From assembly GCA_963663225.1 (NCBI GenBank), contig OY760142.1, positions 1,984,001 through 2,048,000 on the forward strand: a stretch of 64,000 bases of DNA. The letters run 5' to 3'. The translations under genes were made by a program, and so were the position numbers. Positions 30,063-38,848 of the stretch are shown piece after piece. Below the pieces are notes generated by a model. The model was not told the origin of the DNA, did not search any database, and worked only from the letters and a program-made list of their open reading frames with translations. The DNA is from Nitrospirota bacterium (lineage in GTDB: Bacteria > Nitrospirota > UBA9217). Every line of letters begins with the position of its first letter. The first letter of the stretch is position 1.

Positions 30063-31211
30063 ATGAAGGTAGCACAGAATATATGGAAGAGCGGTAATAG
30101 CCTTATGTCCTCTGCAGACGGCCCCCTCAATACGTCTGCCCAACTTGCTCTTGTTTTTGGGTCAAAACCCGTTTTAGAAGAACGGTTCTTCTATCAGAAG
30201 ATGCGAAGCCTCTATCCGAACGCTCACATTTTAGGGTGTTCAACCGCAGGAGAAATACAGGGAACGCAGGTATATGATGATTCAGTGGTAGCAACTGCGA
30301 TAACCTTTGAAGCCACGCGGATTGAAAGAGCGCGGATTACTCTGAAAGAAGTAGAAAATGCATTTCAAGCCGGAGAAAGACTTTCTCACGCACTAGCAAA
30401 AGACGGACTGGTTCATCTATTCGTTTTATCGGATGGATTGAACATAAACGGCAGTGATCTTGTCCGGGGTCTTACGCAGCACCTCCCAAAAGATATAACC
30501 GTTACCGGAGGACTGGCCGGCGACGGCGACCGCTTCAAGAAAACACTCGTATTCTGTGATGGAGATCCGGAAACAGGAACAATTGCCGCCATCGGACTGT
30601 ACGGAAGCAATCTGCAGGTCGGGTACAGTTCCCGGGGAGGTTGGGACCCTTTTGGACCTGAGCGGCTGATTACCCGCTCGCAGGGAAATATTTTGTATGA
30701 ACTGGACGGCCGGTCCGCGCTCGAACTTTACAAAAAATATCTTGGGGAACATGCGAAAGGGCTTCCGGGATCAGCTCTTCTTTTCCCCCTTAGCCTTCGT
30801 ACGCCGGGAAGCAGAGAAACCGGGGTTGTCAGGACTGTACTTTCCATAAATGAAGAAGACCAGAGCATGATTTTCCCTGGTGACGTCCCGGAAGGGGCCT
30901 ATGCGCGTTTTATGAAGGCGAATTTCGACCGGCTGATAGACGGCTCTATCAATGCGGCCAAAAGCTGCTACGGTGCCGTGGGATCTGCACCGCCGGATCT
31001 TGCGATACTCATCAGCTGCTTCGGCAGAAAGATGATCTTAAAACAAAGGACAGAAGAAGAAGTGGAAGGTGTGCGGGATGTTTTTGGGGACAATACGGTG
31101 CTTACGGGTTTTTATTCCTATGGCGAAATCTCACCATTCACTTCAAGCGGGAGTTGTGAATTGCATAATCAGACCATGACGATTACAACGTTTACGGAGC
31201 GCGGATCATGA
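30063..31211 (+). CDS. FIST-domain sensor protein (NosP-like)
   Basis: GCSTAGEI, SDGLNINGS, GGLAGD, ISCFGRK, GFYSYGEI and LHNQTMT. Confidence 0.92.
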   Translation: MKVAQNIWKSGNSLMSSADGPLNTSAQLALVFGSKPVLEERFFYQKMRSLYPNAHILGCSTAGEIQGTQVYDDSVVATAITFEATRIERARITLKEVENAFQAGERLSHALAKDGLVHLFVLSDGLNINGSDLVRGLTQHLPKDITVTGGLAGDGDRFKKTLVFCDGDPETGTIAAIGLYGSNLQVGYSSRGGWDPFGPERLITRSQGNILYELDGRSALELYKKYLGEHAKGLPGSALLFPLSLRTPGSRETGVVRTVLSINEEDQSMIFPGDVPEGAYARFMKANFDRLIDGSINAAKSCYGAVGSAPPDLAILISCFGRKMILKQRTEEEVEGVRDVFGDNTVLTGFYSYGEISPFTSSGSCELHNQTMTITTFTERGS

Positions 31212-33256
31212 ATCAGATGCACAGTCTCCTGAAACGACAGCTCAAAAAATTTTTCAATAGTACGTACCCTGTTCCACAGGAGTGGGAGCCGTTTATTAAT
31301 GCAATCAACAATGCCTATCGGGAATTCGATGAAGACCGTGCACTCCTTGAACGTGCCCTCGAACTCAGTTCTCAGGAGCTGATCGAGGCCAATTCCGAAA
31401 TGCGGGCCATTTTTGAAGCTCTTCCTGATCTGCTTTTCAGATTTGATCACGATGGAAGAGTTATTGATTACAAAGCGGGGAGAGTAAATGATTTATACTT
31501 CTATCCTGAAAAACTAATCGGAAAGCGTATTCAGGATGTTCCTCCTGCGCATGTCGGAAGCAAGTTCCTGGAGTGCATCCGGAAAGTTCAGGATACAAAA
31601 GCAATACAAAGCTTTGAATATTCATTGCCGATACAGGACCGGGAATGTTTTTATGAGGCAAGGCTTCTGCCTCTCATTGAGGACCAGATCATTGCCATCG
31701 TACGGAACATTACCGCCAGAAAAAAAGCGGAACTGGCCCTGAGACAAAGCGAGGAGGAATACAGAACGCTTGTTGAGAATATCAACGCGGGCATATACAG
31801 GAGCAGTCCGGATGTATACGGACATTTTATACAAGTAAATAACGCCATGGTAAAAATTTTTGGCGCTGCTTTTGCAGAAGATTTGATAGGGTGCTGTGTT
31901 CTTGATTTTTATAAAGACAAAGAGGCACGAAATGCTTTCCTGCAGGAAATAGATCAAAAAGGCTTTGTAAAAGACAAGGAATTGTACCTGCGGAAACAAG
32001 ATGGAACACCCATCATCGTATCCTGCACGGCGGCAATTCAGTATGATGCATTCGGCAGCAAGCGCTGGATTGATGGCGTCATGGAAGATATCACGGAGCA
32101 TAAAAAGATTGAAGAAGAGATTGCCAAAACGTCCAAACTGGAATCGCTCGGCATCCTGGCCGGCGGCATTGCGCATGATTTTAACAATATTCTCACCGCA
32201 ATTCTAGGCAATATTTCCCTGGCAAGGATGAAAACGGAGCAGGGGGGCGTTGTTTTCTCCTGTCTGGACAACGCAGAAAAGGCTTCAATACGGGCGCAAA
32301 CCCTTACGCAGCAACTACTGACATTTTCGAGAGGTGGAGCGCCGGTTAAAAAAGCGTCGTCCATCAACGATCTTCTCCGTGATTCCGCAAATTTTGTCAT
32401 AACCGGTTCCAATATCCGGTGCGATTTTCATATTCCTGATGATCTTCCGGCCATCGAGATTGATGAAGGTCAGATCAGCCGGGTTATTCACAATCTCGTT
32501 ATCAATGCGCAGCAGTCCATGCCGCAGGGTGGTGTGATTCACATACAGGCTGAGCGTATTGCAATCACCAGTACATCTGACAACCCTCACGGGCTTCCGC
32601 TACAAGATGGAAACTACGTAAAAATAAGCATTCAGGACCAGGGGATTGGAATACCGGAAGAATATTTGGGAAAAATTTTCGACCCCTATTTTACCACAAA
32701 GGAGAAAGGCTCCGGACTCGGACTGACCACAAGTTATTCCATCATGAAAAGGCACGGTGGACATATCGCCCTGCAGTCAACAGTCGGCACCGGGACGACG
32801 TTTTTTCTTTATTTGCCTGCATTGCACGAGGGTGCGGTGACAAAAAAGAAGGAACAGCGATCCCAGACAAAAGGACACGGGAAAATACTGCTGATGGACG
32901 ACGAGGAAATTATCAGAGACGTCGGCGGAGGGATGCTGCGGTACCTGGGATACGACGTTACCGTTGCTAAAAATGGTGCGGAAGCAATTTTTCTGGCAAC
33001 CGATGCGATGAAACGCGGTGAGAGTTATGACGCAATTATCATGGATTTAACCATCCCCGGTGGCATGGGCGGAAAGGAGGCTGCATCCCGATTGCAAGCG
33101 CTGGATTGTTCGTCGAAGATAATTGCCTCGAGCGGTTATTCCAACGATCCGGTATTGTCAGAATATAAGAAGTACGGTTTCTGCGCGATTGCACCAAAGC
33201 CATATGGCATTGAGGAATTAAGAAATATCCTGCATCAGGTCATTACAAAGAATTAG
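31208..33256 (+). CDS. PAS-PAS hybrid sensor histidine kinase/receiver
   Basis: LAGGIAHDFNNIL H-box, DQGIGI, FDPYFTTK, GSGLGL and receiver ILLMDDE...MDLTIPG. ATGA overlap with the FIST gene. Confidence 0.93.
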   Translation: MNQMHSLLKRQLKKFFNSTYPVPQEWEPFINAINNAYREFDEDRALLERALELSSQELIEANSEMRAIFEALPDLLFRFDHDGRVIDYKAGRVNDLYFYPEKLIGKRIQDVPPAHVGSKFLECIRKVQDTKAIQSFEYSLPIQDRECFYEARLLPLIEDQIIAIVRNITARKKAELALRQSEEEYRTLVENINAGIYRSSPDVYGHFIQVNNAMVKIFGAAFAEDLIGCCVLDFYKDKEARNAFLQEIDQKGFVKDKELYLRKQDGTPIIVSCTAAIQYDAFGSKRWIDGVMEDITEHKKIEEEIAKTSKLESLGILAGGIAHDFNNILTAILGNISLARMKTEQGGVVFSCLDNAEKASIRAQTLTQQLLTFSRGGAPVKKASSINDLLRDSANFVITGSNIRCDFHIPDDLPAIEIDEGQISRVIHNLVINAQQSMPQGGVIHIQAERIAITSTSDNPHGLPLQDGNYVKISIQDQGIGIPEEYLGKIFDPYFTTKEKGSGLGLTTSYSIMKRHGGHIALQSTVGTGTTFFLYLPALHEGAVTKKKEQRSQTKGHGKILLMDDEEIIRDVGGGMLRYLGYDVTVAKNGAEAIFLATDAMKRGESYDAIIMDLTIPGGMGGKEAASRLQALDCSSKIIASSGYSNDPVLSEYKKYGFCAIAPKPYGIEELRNILHQVITKN

Positions 33257-33330
33257 AATTGCAGAATACGCAGAGAGTTCGGAACGTCTCCTGAAGCCGA
33301 AAGGGATGAAAAAATTGCCGGGAAAAATAA

Positions 33331-34008
33331 TTATGATTTTCCCGCTGTGCAGAGTTCTTCTTTTTTGAGCTGAAGCGGCGCGACGTCTTGCTTCCAGATG
33401 TCAATTGTCTCGGTGATATGCTGCCACATCCAAGTCCTTGCTCTTTCCGGTTCCTGTTTCCGGATGGCTTTAAAAATTTCCCAGTGTCGCACTGCTGAAC
33501 GATCGACAATGGTCGGAATTCTGTTGACGATAAAAAGCTGATATTGCAGCAGATTCCTTATATTGCTCAAAGTTTTAAAAAGAATGCGGTTTCCTGCAGC
33601 CTTCGCTATCGCATAATGAAATTCCACATCTTTTTCACTAAATGATTCTATATCACCTTCCGCGACACTCCGGTCCATGTCTTTTAACAGTGATTCAATT
33701 TCAGAAAGAGTTTCTGCCGTGCAATTTTGAGCGGCCATCATGGCGAAGTAGGATTCTAAAGTCCTTCTTGCTTCCAGAAGCTCCTCTATAATCGGTGCGC
33801 CATGCGTTGCGAACACGCCTTTTCCATGACAAATTTCCAGTATGCCGAGGGTTGCGAGATTTTGCACCGCCTCGCGCACAGAAAGAACACTCGTTCCGCT
33901 CTTTTTTGCCAGATTCTCCAGAGAGGGCAGCTTATCCCCGGGCTTGATTTCACCCGTAACAAATGCATCAAGAAGATTCTTAATTACGATGTCTCCAGCC
34001 TTAATCAT
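33331..34008 (-). CDS. GntR/FadR-family transcriptional regulator
   Basis: KPGDKLPS...LA...SVREA, GKGVF and an FCD domain (EARRTLE, DVEFH, H). Confidence 0.92.
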   Translation of the reverse strand: MIKAGDIVIKNLLDAFVTGEIKPGDKLPSLENLAKKSGTSVLSVREAVQNLATLGILEICHGKGVFATHGAPIIEELLEARRTLESYFAMMAAQNCTAETLSEIESLLKDMDRSVAEGDIESFSEKDVEFHYAIAKAAGNRILFKTLSNIRNLLQYQLFIVNRIPTIVDRSAVRHWEIFKAIRKQEPERARTWMWQHITETIDIWKQDVAPLQLKKEELCTAGKS

Positions 34009-34014
34009 TGCTCT

Positions 34015-34043
34015 ACTATAATTTTCTCGGCTTAAGACGTCAA
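34015..34043 (-). promoter_or_regulatory. Sigma70 promoter of the GntR gene (leaderless geometry)
   Basis: TTGACG-N17-TATAGT, then 6 nt, then ATG 34008. Confidence 0.7.
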
Positions 34044-34113
34044 GTTTTTTTTATATCAGAACCGTGCTTTTTATTATCCCGGGTTGCTTTCACATCAACA
34101 CGACCGAGTTGCA

Positions 34114-35817
34114 TTAGACTTTAAAGTGGTCGACGGTGCTTTTGAGCTGTCCGGCGAGTCGTGCAAGTTCGGACGAGGCCTGGGCAATCTGCTCGGACCC
34201 TCCGGATATCTGTTTGGCGCCGTTCGCCACAGCCTGAATGTCACCCGAAATCATCTCCGAAGTCGCCGACATCTCTTCCGTGGACGACGCAATCTGCTGC
34301 ACCATGTTCTGGAGCGTATTTACGCTCGTAACAATCGATTCGAGCTGCGTACCGGCCTCCGTAGAAAACTTCAGACCGACCTCCACCTTTTCATTGGTGG
34401 TCGCCATGGTCGCAACCGTGGAATCGACTTCTCCCTGGATCGCCCCGATCATCTGGCTGATTTCCGACGTGGCATTGGCGGTGCGCTCCGCAAGCTTCCT
34501 GACTTCATCGGCAACAACGGCAAACCCGCGGCCCTGCTCTCCGGCACGGGCAGCCTCAATGGCAGCATTCAGGGCAAGCAGGTTGGTCTGATCGGCTATA
34601 TCATTGATAACACTGACGATTTTACCGATCTGCTTGGAGCGGTCGCCCAAAGTCTGCACCACCGCAGTGGATTTAGCCACGGTTTCCGAAATGGCCTTTG
34701 TCTCCTCAACCGACTGGCCCACAATGTTTGCGCCTTTCTTTGCAATTCCGGAGGTATTGGCTGCTGACGTGGAAATCTCCGAAGAGTTTTTCGCAACATC
34801 CACAATCGTCTGGGACATTTCCTCGGCTGAAGTGGCAATCTGGGTCGCCCGGTTGCTCTGGTCGCGCATGGTCTTGGTGATTTCTTCGGCGTTCGCACTC
34901 AGTTCTTCGCTTCCTGATGCCACGCTGGCTGAAGCGGTCTTGATCTCTCCTACCAGATTCTTGAGGCTTTCGGTCATGCGCTGCATCTGTGCATACACGC
35001 CGGTATGCACCTTTCCATTGTCAAATCGCACCGTCAGGTCTCCGTCGGCGATTTTACCGGCAATGTTCGCAAGCTCATCCGGCTCCCCGCCAAGCTGCGC
35101 CATGGTCTTTCTGAAGGTCATCGACGCCGCGCCGACCGCCACCAGTGCGGCAATCAGGGCGGAAAGAAGGAGAACAGTAATTACTCTTCTGGTATCGGCA
35201 GCCTGTTTCTTCTCCTCTTTCGCGATAATGGCTTCCAGGTCATCCACGTAATTGCCGGTGCCCACAACCCATCCCCAGGGCTTGAATTCAAGGGTGTAAC
35301 CGCGCTTTAAAATCGGGATGTCGCTCCCCATCTTGGTGAAATAATAGTCAATGAATCCACCACCTTCTTTTCTGCCGCTCTCTATGAATTCCTTCACAAA
35401 GTATTTTCCCTTTTTATCCTGCAGGTTGATCCTGCTCTTCCCCTCAAAATCCTTTTTGCCGAGCAGAACCACGTTCACGCCTTCAATCGTGTCAGCCCAG
35501 AAATACCCTTCCTTCCCGAACCGGAGCCCCCGCAGCACATTCGCGGCAAGGGTTTTGGCCTGCTCCGCTTTCAGCTCACCCTTTTCCTGGCGATCATGAA
35601 TGTTCTGGAGCATCGAAACCGCGGTTTCAACCTCCGATTTGGCAAGAGCGTCGTAGTCGGCAAACAGGTTCTTTCTCAGTTCCGCGATGCTGTCCTTCGC
35701 TCCCGAATAGCTCTGATAGGCTGCTATGCAGCAGAGCAGTACGGCCACCAGCACGCAGCTTAAGATGGTGGTGAAGGCCAGCCTCTTAGCAAAGGTCATT
35801 TTCCCAATTTTATTCAT
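34114..35817 (-). CDS. Methyl-accepting chemotaxis protein with sCache_2 sensor and HAMP domain
   Basis: Two TM helices, GYFW...[11 protein letters not shown] Cache motifs and [40 protein letters not shown]. Confidence 0.96.
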   Translation of the reverse strand: MNKIGKMTFAKRLAFTTILSCVLVAVLLCCIAAYQSYSGAKDSIAELRKNLFADYDALAKSEVETAVSMLQNIHDRQEKGELKAEQAKTLAANVLRGLRFGKEGYFWADTIEGVNVVLLGKKDFEGKSRINLQDKKGKYFVKEFIESGRKEGGGFIDYYFTKMGSDIPILKRGYTLEFKPWGWVVGTGNYVDDLEAIIAKEEKKQAADTRRVITVLLLSALIAALVAVGAASMTFRKTMAQLGGEPDELANIAGKIADGDLTVRFDNGKVHTGVYAQMQRMTESLKNLVGEIKTASASVASGSEELSANAEEITKTMRDQSNRATQIATSAEEMSQTIVDVAKNSSEISTSAANTSGIAKKGANIVGQSVEETKAISETVAKSTAVVQTLGDRSKQIGKIVSVINDIADQTNLLALNAAIEAARAGEQGRGFAVVADEVRKLAERTANATSEISQMIGAIQGEVDSTVATMATTNEKVEVGLKFSTEAGTQLESIVTSVNTLQNMVQQIASSTEEMSATSEMISGDIQAVANGAKQISGGSEQIAQASSELARLAGQLKSTVDHFKV

Positions 35818-35949
35818 TATACACTCCTCACTTTTTTTACGGCGCCGGAAGGGGGGCCGGAATTTTTCTCGTGGTGATAACAGCGCAACTATTTGTTATC
35901 TTGTGCATTATTTAATGCATACTCAGCACAACTCCGCTTCGTGATCATT

Positions 35950-35976
35950 TTATCGGCATTCCAACCGAAAACTTAA
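35950..35976 (-). promoter_or_regulatory. Sigma28 (FliA) promoter of the MCP gene
   Basis: Minus strand TTAAGTTT-N11-GCCGATAA versus the consensus TAAAGTTT-N11-GCCGATAA. Confidence 0.85.
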
Positions 35977-36330
35977 GGAATATTATGAATACAAATATGA
36001 CATGTATCAAAGCATGTTCCCTTTATGCTGTTTCGTCACGTGGCATATTGCCTTTGCTATGCATATCTGCGGAAGCTGCGGGGTTCGTAAAACAGGATTG
36101 TTCTCCGGCTGTTTAATCGGGCATGCAATTCATGCTTATATGCAGGATCGTTTTGCCTTGACGTTCTTTTGAGATTGCCCTATCATTATGTACATATTGC
36201 GATGACAAAAGGCAGTGCATATTCATAGAATTATTCAAAGCTTGTGCACGCCGAAACCGGTTGCAAGCCATATAAATGACATTGTTCAACCAGCCTTGGA
36301 TGTAGGTGCTAAGAACCTTCGGGAGGCTTC

Positions 36331-37089
36331 ATGAACGTCGTTTCCTTTAGCGGCACTGATCAGGGCAAAAGAAGAAGCAACAATGAAGATGCTTACCTGC
36401 AGAATGACGGGCTGCTTCTCTATGCTGTCGCAGACGGAATCGGCGGTAATGCAGGCGGCGAAGTGGCAAGCCGTATTGCCGTTGAAACGGTTGAAGAGAC
36501 GATAGCAAACATCCTTCGAAACGAGAGTACAGTTCCTCCATCGACCGCCATTAGTGATGCTGATCCACAGTTGTCCTTGTTGCAGCAAGTAATTACTCTA
36601 GCAAATCAGAAAATCCTCAGGAACAGTTTTCAGCATCCCGCCCTTTCAGGCATGGGGACGACGCTCACCGTTGCGTTCTTCAGAAGGAATCACCTCTTTA
36701 TCGCAAACATCGGCGACAGCCGGGCGTATCTCTTCCGGTCAGGGACGCTGAATCAGTTGACTGCGGATCACTCCTTTGTGGCGGAGCGTGTAGCGTCCGG
36801 TCTGCTGACACCTCAAGAGGCAAAACTGAGCCCGTATCGCCATGTGATCACGCGGGCGTTGGGAATAGACGACATGATTCGGGCCGATATTACGAAGCAT
36901 GCACTGCAGCGGGATGACCTGATTCTGCTTTGCACGGACGGACTGACGGAAATGCTTGAGGATTCAGAGATACAACATATTCTCTCTGCATCGCAGGATA
37001 CGGTTGTGCAAGAGCTGCTGGCTGCTGCGAATGATCGGGGCGGTGTGGACAATATCACAACAGTGGTTGTCAGAGTAAAAGAAGTTTGA
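36331..37089 (+). CDS. PP2C-family Ser/Thr phosphatase (Stp1/PrpC-like)
   Basis: RSNNED, VADGIGG, GMGTT, IGDSRAY, DHS, LCTDGL and GGVDNIT. Confidence 0.94.
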   Translation: MNVVSFSGTDQGKRRSNNEDAYLQNDGLLLYAVADGIGGNAGGEVASRIAVETVEETIANILRNESTVPPSTAISDADPQLSLLQQVITLANQKILRNSFQHPALSGMGTTLTVAFFRRNHLFIANIGDSRAYLFRSGTLNQLTADHSFVAERVASGLLTPQEAKLSPYRHVITRALGIDDMIRADITKHALQRDDLILLCTDGLTEMLEDSEIQHILSASQDTVVQELLAAANDRGGVDNITTVVVRVKEV

Positions 37090-37180
37090 TGTCTTGTGCA
37101 GATAATGCATGAAAGCGGTATTTTCTATTTCATAAGCCGCAGTCCGGCACATTTCCTGTGGCCGATTGCTGCTTTTTGAC

Positions 37181-38470
37181 CTACCGCTCTCGTATCATCT
37201 CTGCAACGCATTCGATATGATAGGTATAGGGAAACATGTCAACAGGCTGAAGACGGTTGAGCCTGAAACCGAAAAGATGGAAGTATTTTAGATCGCGCGC
37301 GAGCGTGGATGGATTGCACGATACATAGATGATCTTTTGCGGCACAAACGCAAGGATGCGTTCGAGCGTTTTTAGCGTTGCACCGGCACGGGGCGGGTCA
37401 AGCACGATGACATCAGTCTTCATTTTCCTCTGGAGCAGCATTTTAAGCCCTTTTTGCATATCGTCAGCGATGAACTCAGTATTTTTAAGACCGTTTAATT
37501 CGGCGTTTGCGGCAGCATCCTCTATAGCGGAGTAGCCTGATTCAATGCCGATTACGGACCCGGCCTTTTGGGCGATTGGCAGCGCGAAATTCCCGATGCC
37601 GCAATAGAGATCGAGCACCGTTTCGCTTCCGGACAGCGCGGCGAACTCCATGACCGTCCGGACCATATTGATGTTCTGTTCCCAGTTGACCTGAAAAAAG
37701 TTCCCTTCCGTGGCGTGAAACGTCAGTCCTTCAAGTTCAAGCATAAGGCGGTTTTCACCGTGCACAAACGCTTTTTTCTTCCGGGCAAAGCCGGTTATGC
37801 CGATCACTTGGGGCGCTATCTTGACAAGATCGGCAAAGAATGCTTCAGGAAGTGAAAAAGACTCTTCGTCGCTGAACAAAAGAATGTGAACCTTTTCTTC
37901 AGGTGTTGCATTAATATGGATTTCCCTGAGCGCTGGAAGTTGAAACGACAGAGATCGGACGGCATCCAGGGTTTTATTAATAATCGGATGGATGAGAAAG
38001 GCGTTTTTGACTTCGATCAGATTGTATGTTCCCTGCCGGAAAAAACCGATCTGCTGTTTTCCATCCACGGTTCGTACGTTGAACTGGGTGCGCAGACGGT
38101 AGTGTTCGGTGCGTGGTGAGGGGAGAATGGAACGTGGCTGCCTCGGCTCCATGCCCCCGATTCTCTTGAGGCTGTCCAGGAGGATGTTCTGTTTAAACTG
38201 CAGCTGGGCGGGATATGCGATATGCGGCCAGGTCGCACCGGTGTACCGTTCTTCTGCTGTATGCGGTTGTAAGATCCTGTCTTTCGACGGAGTGAGAACG
38301 TTCAGGAGGTCCGCCTCAAAGATCCCTTTTCTTTTTCTGCGGACGGCAATAGTTACGCGCTCGCCCGGCAGAACGCCCGGGACAAAAACCGCTTGGCCTG
38401 TTTGGAGACGACCCAAACCGCTGCCGCCATACACAAGCTTCTCAATAAGGATTTCCGCCTGTTCGTTCAT
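37181..38470 (-). CDS. rlmD: 23S rRNA m5U methyltransferase (RlmD/RlmCD family)
   Basis: TRAM domain, FFQVN, DLYCGIG, LDPPRAG, YVSCNPSTLARD and DMFPYTYHIE. Confidence 0.92.
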   Translation of the reverse strand: MNEQAEILIEKLVYGGSGLGRLQTGQAVFVPGVLPGERVTIAVRRKRKGIFEADLLNVLTPSKDRILQPHTAEERYTGATWPHIAYPAQLQFKQNILLDSLKRIGGMEPRQPRSILPSPRTEHYRLRTQFNVRTVDGKQQIGFFRQGTYNLIEVKNAFLIHPIINKTLDAVRSLSFQLPALREIHINATPEEKVHILLFSDEESFSLPEAFFADLVKIAPQVIGITGFARKKKAFVHGENRLMLELEGLTFHATEGNFFQVNWEQNINMVRTVMEFAALSGSETVLDLYCGIGNFALPIAQKAGSVIGIESGYSAIEDAAANAELNGLKNTEFIADDMQKGLKMLLQRKMKTDVIVLDPPRAGATLKTLERILAFVPQKIIYVSCNPSTLARDLKYFHLFGFRLNRLQPVDMFPYTYHIECVAEMIRER

Positions 38471-38817
38471 TTGAGCAGCTTCTGCACCGTCTCGCGAAGT
38501 TGCGTTGTATCGGCGGATTTCACAATATAGGCGTCTGAACTCCAGCTGCCGAAGTCCTGTTTATATTCTTCATACGCAGTGCAGATAATGATGGGAAGGT
38601 TGGGGTCCTTTTCCTTCATCCTGCGCAGCGTTTCAATGCCGTCCATGTCAGGCATGCGCATGTCAAGCGTGACGATGTCAAACTTTTCGGATGCCATTTT
38701 TTCGAGCGCCTGGGCGCCGTTCGAGACGGTTGTTACGGCGAGGCCCATTTCTTCAAATTCCACTTTGTAGAGTTCTCTGATGTTTTCTTCGTCATCGATA
38801 ACAAGAATTTTTTTCAT
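38467..38817 (-). CDS. Single-domain response regulator
   Basis: KILVIDDE, LDMRMPDMDG, CTAY and YIVKS. Confidence 0.93.
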   Translation of the reverse strand: MKKILVIDDEENIRELYKVEFEEMGLAVTTVSNGAQALEKMASEKFDIVTLDMRMPDMDGIETLRRMKEKDPNLPIIICTAYEEYKQDFGSWSSDAYIVKSADTTQLRETVQKLLK

Positions 38818-38848
38818 GGTCCCTCCTTGGGTCTCATCGCAATGGATA

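Noticed and set aside
36041-36058. Sigma54-like TGGCAT...TTGCT upstream of the PP2C gene
   Set aside because: The spacing is GG-N12-GC, not the required N10.
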